Assembly: GCF_006345805.1 (NCBI RefSeq)
Contig: NC_043000.1
Location: 77,252,001 to 77,316,000 of the forward strand
Direction: 5' to 3'
DNA from: Octopus sinensis
Lineage: Eukaryota
Length of the DNA stretch: 64,000 nt
How positions within the stretch are numbered: the stretch's first letter is position 1; the number at the start of each line of letters is the position of its first letter. Below the pieces are notes generated by a model. It searched no databases and was not told the origin of the DNA. It was given only the letters and a program-made list of their open reading frames with translations. The translations under genes were made by a program, and so were the position numbers. Shown here piece after piece: positions 49,948 to 63,527 of the stretch.

Positions 49948-50247
49948 CATTAAACAGAATTTCGAAGACAAATTGATGAAATATCCAAATATTAAATAAC
50001 AATACGTTAAAGATGAAAAAGTAGTATCTGAATAGCAATTGTCGATAACAATGCATTTCTCATGTATATACGTTATTTCATTTATGGTTCTGTAAGCTGA
50101 AAGAATTGTAAAATTACCAACGAACACGATTGGTGAATTAATTTCTATTGCTTTTAGATTCAAGTTTAATGAAAATAAAGATTTATTAGAAAATCTGATA
50201 TCGATTACAATTGATGGTGCCAATGATTGAAAGGCATAAAGGCCTCG
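49948..50247 (-). CDS. Candidate host-gene exon (300 nt, phase 0/0), product unknown
   Basis: Lies inside a 143-codon stop-free frame in very AT-rich DNA. Acceptor tttttttttatatgcag| at 50248, donor ATG|gtaaac at 49947. No recognisable domain. Confidence 0.3.
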
Positions 50248-50579
50248 CTGCATATAAAAAAAAATCCTACAATCGTTGCGATATATTGTATTGTTTACCG
50301 ACTCAGTTTTGTATGTAAAAAGCAAAACAAAAGAAACGAAAATATGAGTGCAATTCTACATTACTTAAAGTTATGAAAAAAACTATCAACTATATATTGC
50401 AAATATTGGTTTCAATTTTTGGCACAAGGCCAGCAATTTCGGAGGAGTGGGTAAGTCGATTACAACGATTCCAGTGCTCAGTCGGTACTTATTTTATCGA
50501 CCCGAAAAGATGAACGGCAAAACCGACCTCGTGAGAATTTTAACTCAGAATGTAAAGGCGGACGAAATGTAGTTAAGTA

Positions 50580-51871
50580 CGAGGGGCGTTCAATAAGTAA
50601 TGCCCCTGACCCACTTCCCATAGCAGTAGAGCAACGAAACTTGGCACAGGTATTAGTCTTTTTCTACATAGGAACAACCCAGAGGTACGCATTTCTCCCA
50701 TCGTTTGATGCAGTTCTGGAGACCGTTTTCGTAGAAGATCCCAGCTTGGTCCTCCAACAACGACGTGACTTCAGAAATCAAGGCTGCATCATCTGGGAAA
50801 CGCTTTCCTTTCAAAAGCAACTTCATGGCTGGGAAGAGGTGAAAATCAGAGGGTGCAAGGTCAGGAGAGTAGGGGGATGGGGGAAGAGTTCATAGCCGTA
50901 CGCCTGTGCTTCTGATCTGGCGACACGCGAGTTGTGGACCGGAGCGTTGTCCTGCAGGAGGAGGATGCCTTTGCTGATCTTGCCCCGCCTCTTGGTTTCG
51001 ATAGCTTCTCTTAATTTCCTCAAAAGTGAAACATGATAGGCTCCCGTAATTGTGGTACCCTTTGCCAGGAAATCTGTCATCACTACTCCGTCCTGGTCCC
51101 AGAAGACTGTGAGCATGACCTTGCCAGCGGAGGGCTGCACCCTTGCCTCCTTTGGAGGAGGTGAGTCATGGTGCTTCCACTGAATTGACTGGGCTTTGGT
51201 CTCTGGATCATAGTGATGGACCCAGGTCTCATCCTGTGTAATCAGTCTTTTGAAAAATTTTGACTCATCTTCTTGGCACATCCCTAAATTCTTGCTTCTG
51301 GAATTCTTGCGTTCTTGCTTCTGGAAAAGTGTGAGCAACCTGGAAATCCATCTGGCAGACACCTTTTGCATATGCAAATGGTCATGAATGATAGTTTCCA
51401 CAGACCCGGTACTAATCTTGACCTCATGGGCTATTTGGCGAATAGTTATACGTCGATCTTCCAAAATGGCAGCCTCAACTTGACGGACAGATGCCTCATC
51501 AATGGCAGAAGGGGTGCGACCAGATCTGGGAGCTGTTTCCACAGAGTTCCGACCATGTTTGAATTCACGATGCCAGCGTTTTACAAGGTCATATGATGGG
51601 GCATCATCACCATAAGTTACTTTCATTTCATTAAAAGTCTCCTGTGGTGTGCGTCATTTCAAATACAAAAACCAGATCACTGCTCGACACTCAACATGCT
51701 CCATTTCCCACTTGACTCATTTCAAACACCTGTAAATCAGAAACCACAATTAGTTCGGAGCTGTAATTTGCCACTTAATCTATAGAGATATTAATAATTG
51801 TACATGCAAAATTTCAGCTAGATCAAACGAAGGCAAGTGGGTCAGAGGCATTACTTATTGAACGCCCCTCG
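50580..51871 (-). mobile_element. Full-length mariner (1292 bp)
   Basis: TIRs cgaggggcgttcaataagtaatgcc(c/t)ctgacccactt, with TA duplication at 50578-79 and 51872-73. Confidence 0.97.
50653..51704 (-). pseudogene. Mariner DD34D transposase (early TGA and a -1 frameshift in a C run at HPPYSPD)
   Basis: MEHVECRAVI..., ITQDETWVHHYDPE, LQDNAPVH, (Y)SPDLAPSDFHLF (D-34-D after correction), ending YVEKD*. Confidence 0.93.
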
Positions 51872-51980
51872 TATTCTGTCCGGTGTGCTGACGATTCTGC
51901 CAGCTCGCTGCCTTGATCACAACAAATATTACTGCCTAGGTATATATGTGCGCACTTGTATGTATGTGTATATATAATAA

Positions 51981-52039
<59 letters not shown>

Positions 52040-52047
<8 letters not shown>

Positions 52048-52287
52048 TTAATAATAAATTTCTTTACTACCCACAAGGGGATAATCATAGAGGAGAAAAA
52101 CAAGGACAGACAAGCGGATTAAGTCGATTACATCGACCCCAGTGCGTAACTGGTACTTAATTTATCGACCCCGAAAGGATGAAAGGCAAAGTCGACCTCG
52201 GCAGAATTTGAACTCAGAATGTAACGGCAGATGAAATACGGCTACGCATTTCGTCCGGCGTACTGACGTTTCTGCCAGCTTGCCGCA
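52040..52287 (+). mobile_element. SINE (same body family as 716-910)
   Basis: gtcgattacatcgaccccagtgcgtaactggtacttaatttatcgaccccgaaaggatgaaaggcaaagtcgacctc. Confidence 0.8.
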
Positions 52288-52734
52288 GAATTGGATCTCG
52301 ATATTAAATAAATAGAGGCTTATTCATATATGTTATAATTTAGAATAAACAGCAAGTTGTCATTATAGTACTCGGAGTTTCGAATGTCGGAGCGAAGAGC
52401 TACGATGCATTCTCGTCGGCTATTAATGGCAATAGACGCTATGAAAAACCGCTGAATAAAAGGGAAGTTACTCTAATAGGTAGAAAAAGAAAAAAGGAAA
52501 AAGGAAAACGATAAAACAATACACGCAACCATATTCTCACAATACATAGGCATAAATCTCCTGCGTTCATAACGTCTACACAGGTACACACCCATACAAA
52601 CATGTATTCGTACATGCACATTCACAAACATATATATATGTATATGTGTATACAACTTCATCCTCATATACACACAGGTGTTTGCATTCATATACGAAAC
52701 ATTATACATATATATTTAGACATTTTAGACATAT

Positions 52735-53025
52735 AAATATTGAGAAAAATTTCAAAGCAAGGTTCAACAATCACACCTTAAACTTCAGACGCTGGAATGA
52801 ACAAAAAAACTACCAAATTATCCAGTTATATTTGGTTCTTAAAAGAACAAGGTGTCAGCTTTAGGTTTTACTGGAAGATCTTAGCCAAGTGTAAACCATA
52901 TACCAACAGTAGTAGCAAGTGCAGTTTTCGTTATATGGAAAGATGGCTCATCTGGAAAAGTTCCCTGGACGCTGCTACATGCCTAAATTAAAGAACTGAA
53001 CTTTTTGAATCATGTCCACGTGTGA
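52735..53025 (+). mobile_element. Penelope-like element GIY-YIG endonuclease remnant
   Basis: FKARFNNHTLNF...TTKLSSYIWFLKEQ...WKILAKCKPY...KC...E...I...LN*RTEL..SCP matches the PLE endonuclease C-terminal pattern. Confidence 0.7.
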
Positions 53026-53382
53026 TATGGTTTGGGCCCCCCTAAGATCATGGCTAAAATTCACATTTTTACTATGTTCCTGCACAAGCTTCCCAGGTGT
53101 CTTAACTTCTTTGGATTTTTAATTTTTTATATATATTTTTTCTTTTGTTCCTTTTTAATTATGTGAATATGTACGTGTGTGAGTATATGTATACGTATGT
53201 ATATATTTTATATGTATATGTGTGTGCGGGTGTATATATATGTATGTATATGAGTATAAGACTGTCAGGTGCATAAGTGCGATTTTCATGCACACGTCCC
53301 CTTCATTTATACGGATATGTATATGTTTGTATATGTGCGGGTGTATGTATGTGGTAGGAGGATGTATATGTATGCATATATA

Positions 53383-53650
53383 CAGGGTGTTCCAAAAAAC
53401 GTATACATAGCTTTAGCAGCTGATAACTCAATTGATGTTTTTTTTTCTTTTCAGTTGAAACCCATTGGAATTTAATGATGGCAGTCAGACTAAGATTTGA
53501 ACAAAGGAAATTCATTCGAAAATGCTACTGAAAGTGTGAAAACGCAGTTGAAGTGCAAAGACAGTTTAGGAGGGAGTTTCAAACAGATCCACCAATGCGA
53601 CTCAACATCACTCGAATTAGAGATAAGTTTGAAGCCAATGGAGTACTATA
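53383..53650 (+). mobile_element. Tc1/mariner-superfamily 5' fragment (DUF4817-type HTH)
   Basis: TA|cagggtgttccaaaaaacgt terminus, then [38 protein letters not shown]...[10 protein letters not shown]. Confidence 0.7.
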
Positions 53651-53736
53651 ATGGCAATACACACACACACACATGCACACACACACACCTATATGCATGT
53701 ATATATATATATATATATATGTATGTATATATATAT

Positions 53737-53793
<57 letters not shown>

Positions 53794-53796
53794 ACA

Positions 53797-53848
<52 letters not shown>

Positions 53849-53873
53849 GGTTTGGAGATGATGTACAGGTATT

Positions 53874-54136
53874 ATATATTAGAAGAAATGAGGTACTCAG
53901 AAGATCGGATGGTTTATATTTACAGATATTTATTTATATATTACATTTTTTATATATATATCATATCACTTAGATTATTAGCGTTTTCTTAGTTTGATTT
54001 GAAAACCCCACTAGAATGGGAGAAAGGGCTAATGATCTAAGTGATATGATATATATATATAAAATGTAATATATAAATAAATATCTGTAAATATAAACCA
54101 TCCGATCTTCTGAGTACCTCATTTCTTCTAATATAT
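53874..54136. repeat. Inverted repeat, ~109-bp arms, 45-nt spacer
   Basis: 53874-53982 versus 54028-54136. Confidence 0.92.
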
Positions 54137-54660
54137 ATATATATATCAAGAGAGAGAGAGAGAGAATTACGACATAGATGAGGCTAGAGATCGGTTCTTA
54201 TGTTTATATTATAGTTATGCTAGTGTTGACCCTTTGTACCAAAACAGGGGGGATGTGACTAACCTCATTCATAAAGACGTGATTAATTCACCAAAGATGA
54301 TGCTCCACCCTTTCAGACCCTAAAAATAGAAAACAAAATCAAGTAACAATGAGTTGTCACTCCCACTAGAGATTAGGCGGTTTTATGGGAAATTTCATCT
54401 CTATCGGATACCTTGGAGAGGTGTCCGCCCAAATAAACTGTTGCAAAAGTGACACATATATCAAGTTGTATGTGATTGTGGTTCTCCTCCCTGTTTTCAG
54501 CTATGATCCATAAGAACCGCGATCAAAGACACTCCAGCTGTGACAATCCTGTCTTTTTCTATATAAAAAAAATGATATTCTCGAATATATGCTTTTCTAT
54601 TTAAGATTATTGGTTGTGATGAGATTGACTGAGATTTGACTACTATTTCTTGTATGTCTA

Positions 54661-54726
<66 letters not shown>

Positions 54727-54884
54727 AATCTATCTATCTATCAATCTGTCTATACACATGTACAGACATACTCACACCTACTTACATACTCATACACGCA
54801 TCATATATTGTATAATATCACATTGCATGTATGCAATCGTACTTCTGAATATTTCAATTAAGATCTTTCAGATTAAATTTCAGA

Positions 54885-55242
54885 TTCCTCACATTTAATT
54901 TTGCTTATCATTATAAAACTTTTCTCTTACTTTTCCCGGTCTCTTTTTAGCATTCTGGTCCGAATCCGAAGAATCTGCAAGGCATTTACTTAATTCCAAT
55001 TTCCGTAGCATTAAGTAGATGAGAATCAAATATTCCTGGCCAGAGCGAATAGGTGGCAGATATTCTGGGAAATGCCGAGAGCAGCAGACTAATGTCCTCT
55101 TGTGTGCCAATCCTTTTTGAATCCGGATCTAAGTATCACCTTTATTATCAGACCTCGTGGTACGTTTGTCCCAGTCCTACATTCATTTACATAGGCTAAT
55201 AAACTCCCTTCCCAACTCTCTTTCTTTCTCTCTTTCTTTCTT

Positions 55243-55337
<95 letters not shown>

Positions 55338-55338
55338 C

Positions 55339-55376
<38 letters not shown>

Positions 55377-55502
55377 CGACCTATGCAAACACATACACAC
55401 ATATACTCATGAATCCCTACTCCTCTCTGTCTGTCTGTCTGTCTCTCTCTCACATATAAATACTTGTATACATTTACACAGACTTACCAATTCTCTCTCC
55501 TA

Positions 55503-55544
<42 letters not shown>

Positions 55545-56160
55545 ATACACACACTCACACACAAACATTCGTTCGCATATACGTACATGAAATTTTTAAA
55601 AATAATATATTCGCACGTGCACATGTCAATTTGAACACTTATGCATACTCACACACATATCTTCAATCATTAAAAAAATTATCTTTTTCTCAATCCTTTT
55701 GGCTGCAGCCATGCTGGATTCGGAGTTGAAGGGTTTTAGTCGAAGGAATAGACTCCAGTGCTTATTTATTTTTTAAAAGTCTGATACTTATTCCATTGGT
55801 CTCTGTTGCTGAATCACTAAGTTTCGGAGACGTATGTATGTATGTATGTATGTAGTATGTATGTATGTATGTATGTATGTATGTATGTATGTATGTATGT
55901 ATGTATGTATGTATGTGCATATACGTATTGATAGATATGTACCAATCATACGATAACTTTACATTATATTTCAGATTGAGCCTCCCTACTCCATCTAAAC
56001 AAACAGGTACAAAACTATATGCACTTATTTTTTGAAAGCTTCACAATTTCCCAAGAGCAAAGCATTACACAACTTTACATTTAGCTTTACTTTAAATATA
56101 CATGTGTCTCTTTCTATATACTAAGCTGGTAATCTAACTATTAAACTGGTGCAAAAATCA
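54885..56160. repeat. Local duplication, copy 2 (copy 1 at 37745-38950)
   Basis: See copy 1. (TTTC)n and (GTAT)n are longer here. Confidence 0.95.
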
Positions 56161-56572
56161 TTGAAAATCATTCTGCACTACAGAAAGAAATTTATTGTAT
56201 GCTTTTTAATAATTATAATTTCTCACGTAATCAAAATATAAAAATGTCATACACAAACATACACATGTATACATACACACATACGTACATTCTTATTGAC
56301 ATATATTTATTCATACATACAAATATAATGTATATGTGTGTGCGTGTGTGAGTGTGTGTGTGTGTGTGGGTTTATTCAGAATATTTTTCCTTACAGCATA
56401 AATGATTATCACATCTCGACGGAGGTGAGAATATATTTATAAGCTACATATTTGTACAGGTTAGATTTAGAAACAATTGAAGAACAAAATTGTTTATAAA
56501 AATAAGAATACTTCCGAATGTAAAATCGAGAAGCCTAGAAAAATATTAATAGATATAGAACCTATCTAAATT

Positions 56573-56610
<38 letters not shown>

Positions 56611-56714
56611 TGATTGTGATGAAGTCATTAAAAAAGTGAGTTAGGGGAACATCTCATGCATCAAAAGTGACTGGAAAATGGAAATTGAAAAATATTTAAA
56701 TGTAACAGAATATA

Positions 56715-56897
56715 TTGGTTTCAAACTTTGGCCAGCATATTCGACCCCACTGCTTAACTGATAATTATTTTATCGATTTTGACAAGATGAAAGGCTAAGT
56801 CGGCCTCAGCGTAATTTGAATTCAGGACATAAAACGGACGCAATTCCGCTAATCATTTTATCCGGCGTGCTAACGTTACTGCCAGTTTGCCGCCTTA
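56715..56897 (+). mobile_element. Diverged SINE (same family as 50402)
   Basis: atattggtttcaaactttggc...ttttatcgat...aagatgaaaggctaagtcggcctc...ccggcgtgctaacgttactgccag. Confidence 0.7.
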
Positions 56898-58049
56898 TAT
56901 GTAACAATATATTGACAAGATTTGGAAAGAGTTTGCTTGTGTAAGTGCAATCTGTTGAAAACTCCGCGTACTGGACACCTGTAGGTGTCAGGGGATTATC
57001 AGGAAAGAAGGCCCCATTTCAGGTACTTCCTCCCGACTGTTTTACCGTGCACCACTGCATTGATGTGATGCTCCACCTACTGGTTCGATTGGCCAGTAAG
57101 ATTTCGAGGACCAATGGGTGCTGAAACCAAGACGATGGTAATTGAAACCGGTACCAAAAGCAGTTGAAATCGGGACTGTGGGAGCTGAAACTGGGATCAC
57201 TATAAATATTACACACGGTCTGAATAGCCGCAGTGTGCGGATTAGCTATTAAAGGAGAGTGAGACTCCTCTCCTCACTAACCTCCAATCTGAGGGGTTTT
57301 TCTAATTGCAAACATATTAATATAGTTGTACATTTTCTTCTGATATGAAGGCAGTTCTTGGAAGCACTGAAATGATATGAGTGAGCAAGTAAGACAAGAT
57401 TTTTCTTTATCACTTAGAAGACTAAGAGTCTGAATGAAGGCTACAAAAAGATGGAGAACAGAAGCAGATGTACAAAGCTGCTACTCTTCACTTGACAGCA
57501 CATGTATGTAAAATATTGTGAAGCGGAACAGTCACATTAACAATGAATTATACTAAATACATGTTTTAATTGTCAAGTATTATTTTATTCAATAATCAGC
57601 ACCTTCATATTTTTTACTTGAAACTACATTTCTAAGAAATTTACAGCCCTTTTCCTTTTGTCAAAAGATTCTGAGCAGCGTGTTGGAATGTTTATTTTAG
57701 ACATCAGAGGTGCCCCTGTCAGTAGCTTCCACTATATTACCCCTCTCGTGTGAGCGCACATTATTTATTACAGAAAACACTAGTTCAACTGGTGCAGAAG
57801 TGCCAGGAGACAAAGAATGTATTCTACTACAGCACTAAATTTTTTTTACTAATATATAAAATAAATAAAATAATATATAAAATAAATGAAATAATATATA
57901 ACTTAAATAAAATAACTGGCATTTTTTCTTATTTGAAATTCTGCGTTGGCCAAATTTCTTGCTTTGGAAGCCCCAAAACTCTTTTCAAATAATAACTTCA
58001 TCAAATAATTGAGTAATTAATTATTACTTGCTTTCCAGTTCTTTGGTTG

Positions 58050-58810
58050 ATCTTTAACTGCAAACGACTCGGTACTCGGTCAAGATATATCTCCAGAGTT
58101 TAACCACACAAGATCGTCTGCCTGTTGAAAGTTTTCTTTCCATAAATCTAAGTATGAGAAATTTTTCATAAAAACTTTTAAATCCATTCTTTACTTTTTC
58201 AATGCTTTCACTATTTTCATCAAGTTTTCTCAACAAGATCTTTGTTATCAAATCTTGCATTTTTAGTTTGATATCTGCTGCGCTGAAATTGTCCTTCATT
58301 GTTGAAAATGTTAAACTGTCCTCGTGCAAACAATGAATACATTTCTCTAAAACGCCTTTCAGCGAATTATTTTATCTGTCCTGGGCAGTGTTCATGGAGC
58401 AAAAGTAAAGTTTCAAACCAGTAAAAATGTTGAGAGTTCTCCCAATAGCTGGTAGCATTAATAAAAATCTTGTATTATCATGTAATTGTGTATTCCACTC
58501 CCAGCAAAGTCGAACATTTTAGATGTGTTAAATGAGAACTGTGTACATGTGAAAATATTTGTAAATTTTCAACATAAGAACTTCAATATTAATTGGTAAT
58601 AGATCAACAGCTGTTCGGAAACTGATGTACATATTGTGCGCAGCGCAGCCAATGCCAACAAGGTCCATTTCAAGTTCAGCTTTTAATCAGCTAAATATGT
58701 TGTTCATGCTTTGTCACTGTACACCACCAACGAAGTCCCGCGACTTTTTCCGTCAATTCGTGATTGTCAATAACTGAGAATAATGTATTAGTCAGAATCT
58801 TAGCTATCTC
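58050..58810 (-). pseudogene. Degenerate hAT-like transposase fragment
   Basis: Minus frames give LKAELEMDLVGIGCAAH (CxxH motif) followed by LPINIEVL..KIYKYFH.YTV. Many stops and frameshifts. Confidence 0.6.
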
Positions 58811-59332
58811 AATAGAAGAAAAAATTTGACTTGTACCCCCTGACCAGGAATGCAATATCGAATGAAGAAACGTACCATTTTAACATCTTGCCGATTTGGA
58901 GCATCGATAGGAAATTTTTAATGGGAAATATGTATGAAATATCAAAATGAAATGAAATATGAAATATGTATCACAAGTGGTTTATTATGGGACATGCCAA
59001 CACTAGAAGAAACTTACACTGTTAATAACAAAGCAAAAAGAAAAAAGAAAAATGAAATATGCAGATCGAATCGCTTATTCATGAAACAAAACAAAAATTC
59101 TTTGTTACTTGAATTAAAAGTCCATGTATCACAAAAAAATATATAAATATATGAATACTCAAAGGGGATAAGGTGTATGTTTTCATAAATTTGCTGTGTT
59201 TGTGAGGGGAAGAGGAATAAAGTATAGTTGTCAAAAATTCAATAGTTCTCAGTGATCTGATTAAGGCAGAGTAAAAAAAACCCAAATAGAGTAAGAGAAA
59301 TATCGTTCTATATTTAAGAGATGAGGAATTAT

Positions 59333-59497
59333 GTACATTATTTACATTATTTACAATTGACGGATATTTGTCCTCATCTTGTTTGTTGTTAACACAACGT
59401 TTCGGCTGATATACCCTCCATCCTTCATCAGATGTCTCGGGGAAATTTTGAACATGGGTTCTCATTCCTAAGGTATTTTTCGATGTTGTTGTTATTG

Positions 59498-59566
<69 letters not shown>

Positions 59567-59637
59567 TCACTGCTTGGAATCGAACTTAGAATCTTGGTGT
59601 TAGTAGCCCGCGCTCTTAACCACTACGCCATATGCCC
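59333..59637 (-). mobile_element. tRNA-headed SINE with internal (AAT)n and hammerhead-containing tail (left copy)
   Basis: Head gggcatatggcgtagtggttaagagcgcgggctactaac...aagttcgattcc (A and B boxes), then (aat)n, then the tail. Confidence 0.8.
59391..59436 (-). ncRNA. Candidate minimal hammerhead ribozyme
   Basis: GACAT-CTGATGA-A-GGATGG...TCAGCC-GAAACGTT-GTGTT. Confidence 0.55.
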
Positions 59638-60024
<387 letters not shown>

Positions 60025-62840
60025 AGAGAAATGTATTAGTCAGTTGTCAGTGGCAAGTTGTACGGACTCCTTTAGGAATTTTGGTGAATTGTCCGTGGGA
60101 TTAGTTGAACGTCCAAGCTCTGCAATCTGTCTCTATTTTTTGGGAAGAATATATCTTACACAAGGCCTGGTATCAGTTATTAATGTGTGAACGGGTCAGA
60201 GTTCAGAGAGCTCTACTACTTCTCTCAGATCATGGAAATAGTTTTTCTAAGGGCAGTTCTGAATGTTATGGTTTATGTGAGTGAAAGAGAGGGATTTAAT
60301 TTTAAAGCCTGGTTAGATTAGTACCACAAGTGTTACTTAATGCACTAAGAAAACTAATTCATAACGATACCCAGAGGCTTTTCTGACAAACTAGGATAAC
60401 AAATAACGTTTATCCATTAACCGGGATATAATTTCAGACAGGCCGGATGCTGGGGCAACATTAATAAATCGGTACGTATCGTAACCCAAATTATAAGAGC
60501 ATGATTAAAACGTTTTTATAATCATGGATACCTAATTTTAGGTTTGATTTCAAATAAAATTCATGTATTTGCTACTTCTGGTCCTTACCTTAGAATGGAG
60601 TTAGCGTTTTGCATAAAACTAGTGAGTATATATACCACTTATATCCAGGAAAATAAATAAAGAAGCTTCTTTGTATAATCATATAACGCATGTGTTTATT
60701 ATATCTGCTATAGTGTATCAATAAACATGTCATTTAACTTAATCAATAATCGCTATTAACAGCTAGCTAAAATCGATAAAATTTATCGCAGAAAATAACC
60801 AAAGAGGCTTTAATTGTATAATTATGCCAAAAAAAAATGTATTCATTGCATCGGCTGTAACACAGCAATAAACATTGATTTATTTAATCAATAATCGACA
60901 TTATGCAACAAGTTTGTTATTCAGATTTAATGTTGAAAACACAAGGCGAATAAAAATCCTTATAGATTTGAATAATTGTTGGATATTTTTTCACAATTTT
61001 CATATCCATTGAGTACTTTGCTAAATCCTTTTATACAAGAAAATATCTCCTGTTAATTAGAAATATTCGTTTTCAGCATTATCAATATAATATCTTCAGC
61101 CATAAGTAGAACCTGAAGGGTTTTCTTTTTTATATTTTAAATTCTGGATGTTTGAGTTCTTTATGTACAATTTAGAAGGAAAGTTGTAGATTTAGTTTCT
61201 TTTTTTTTTTTTTTTGGCTACTGTTGTATCTTTTTGGTTTTTTTCTTCTCTGACCAGTATAAAGAGAAACATAATCCGCTCGATGGCTTCTCTAATTCAT
61301 ATCCTGACAGAGATTCGATATAGCTTAGCGCTACTACTAAGTTCAGTAACAGAAACATGACGGTATTTGCATATATATGTCTTTAAACACATATGCACAC
61401 TCACTCATTAAACACACGGAGGCATGTTCATTTATATAGATATATCTGTCTACACTTTGATGTGCTATCAAAGTATGTGCGTGTCTGTTTGGTCACGCAT
61501 GTGTGCATATGTATACATGTCTTCCATGCTCACCGTATTTATTGCGATAGTCGTCTCTAATGACTGTAGAGGAGCACTTGATATATTTTAGGTCACCAAA
61601 GTAGACGTCATTATAAATATCAAAACTGTCTATAAAACACAGTAATGTAGTCAGAGATGACACTGAGGTTATATAAAGTGTTCCACTGTCAACGAGCTTT
61701 CACAATAACGAGCTACATACTGAGTTAGCTATTTGTTCTGTTGAAAGTCTCTTCAATAGCAACAACAACAGCATTGGCAATAACATCAATAACAGGCATT
61801 GTTAAAAGCACGTGTGTGTGTGTATGTGTGTGTATGTAAAAACGCACACAAACACACAGGCACACATACACACGCACAAACACACACACATATGTATATA
61901 TGGCTGGATGGGTCTCGATCAGGTTTCCCAACCATAAGTTATTGTTCGATCAATTAAATTACCAAGTTCATTGAATTAGAGAGTAAGTGATCGAGTATTC
62001 TACAGACAAGAATACCTGTAATGTAATTCTCAAGAGGAACCAGCATTGCATACAATGCAACAAGGCCGGATGCTTGAATCACAGGTGTAATCCATTAGAC
62101 GGACTTCTACACGATTTCACTCTTTCATTTACAAGGGAATCAATTCGATGCTATGTAAAATGACACTTGACCAAGATTCTACGCAGCGGAATCTCCCGAT
62201 TGCAGAGCAGACTTCTCAACCATTCGGCTATACATGCTGTCTGTCTGTCTGTATGTATATATGTATGTGTGTATGTTCTCATCTATTTTTAATTATTTGA
62301 TGTCTTCTTGTAAGGAAGGAGCTGGTTTCTGGAATGTACATAAAAAACCCCCCCCAAAAAACAAACATGACACATTTTCAGGTTGAGAAAAGTTTTGCAT
62401 ATTTTTACTGTTCTGTTTACAGATTGTATATATAACGTGTGTCAGCTGGTTAATTTCTTGTTTTTTTAAAAAAAATTCTAACTTAATCGTTTCTTCACAA
62501 AACCAATTATTGTTGGTATAAATGTCAACTTATAACCTGAATATAGAAAATGAAAATTTCAGAGTAGTTGTCCATAGTTATCCCTTTTCTCGTTGATTTT
62601 CTGAGATATTCACATTAGCAGGGCATCTGATTGCTATGATTATACATACTTGTTCTTGTCAATCCGAAACAACGATATCCGGCCTGTTATGTTTGCACTT
62701 GGTAGAAGTCTTGATGGGAATATTCCAACGATATTTCTTGTGTTGATGTATATGTGTGTATTCAATAACAAAGGAATTCTCTATATTTATCTCAGAGTAG
62801 TCTTTTTTTTCGGATGACACTAAATTGTTTCGGCAACTAC

Positions 62841-63302
62841 GTCATGTCACATTAAGCTTAATGGTAAAGCACTTGACGCGTAATCACAGGGATGTGAGTT
62901 CGAGTCTCATGGCTGACTGCTGACAGATTTTTCTGCAAAATATGGATAGTTTATCCTGTTCATGCTGTATTATTAGCATTATTCTGCATTGGAGAATAAA
63001 ATTATTTCCTTATCTGTATCTTTCAACACATCTCAACGTTTCTACAGCAAATTTTATTGACTTTCAACGTTAGTTGAATTTAACGTAAGATAGTGTCTTA
63101 TAAAGCTAGATTTATATATCCTAATTTGCAGTTTAGCTTAATGGTAAAACACTTGACAATTAATCATAGAGATGTGAGTTCGAATCTCATGGCTGACTGC
63201 CGACAGATTTTTCTGCAAAATATGGATAGTTTATCCTGTTCATGCTATATTATTAGCATTATCCTGCGTTTGAGAATAAAATTATTTCCTTATCTGTATC
63301 TA
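62841..63302 (+). repeat. Two tandem ~170-bp tRNA-headed SINE-like copies (period 280)
   Basis: agcttaatggtaaagcac (A box) ... gagttcgagtctc (B box) at 62855 and 63135. Copy 1 loop cgcgtaa suggests a tRNA-Thr(CGU) origin. Confidence 0.65.
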
Positions 63303-63331
63303 TATATAAAGATATATACAAACACATATAT

Positions 63332-63527
63332 ACGAAGAAGTGCTGAAAGGTTACTGTCTTTAAGGGTGTCACGAAACGCCTGGGTGGAGGCCCGACCTTC
63401 CAAGTTCGTTTACAGGGCTTAGAAAAACTGAAGGACCACTGGAATAAGTGTGTGAATCTGAGAGGAGAATATGTTGAATAAAATCATAATTAACTGATCC
63501 ACCTGTATTTTCTTTTACCCAAAGCCA
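63332..63527 (+). mobile_element. Internally deleted mariner derivative
   Basis: TA|cgaagaagtgctgaaaggtt terminus fused to GLEKLKDHWNKCVNLRGEYVE* (mariner C-terminus). Right TIR truncated (aaagccaagaact). Confidence 0.7.

Larger units (their letters stand above)
50402..51915 (+). mobile_element. SINE split by the mariner insertion
   Basis: The 5' part (50402-50579) ends ...gacgaaatgtagttaagTA. The 3' part resumes TAttctgtccggtgtgctgacgattctgccagc. Confidence 0.8.

Noticed and set aside
56990-57250. Moderately GC-rich patch with short open frames and possible splice sites
   Set aside because: No frame gave a recognisable protein, and splice signals were weak.
62841-62925. Functional tRNA-Thr(CGU) gene
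   Set aside because: Extra nucleotides between the acceptor and D arms, a weak anticodon stem, and a mutated loop in the second copy.
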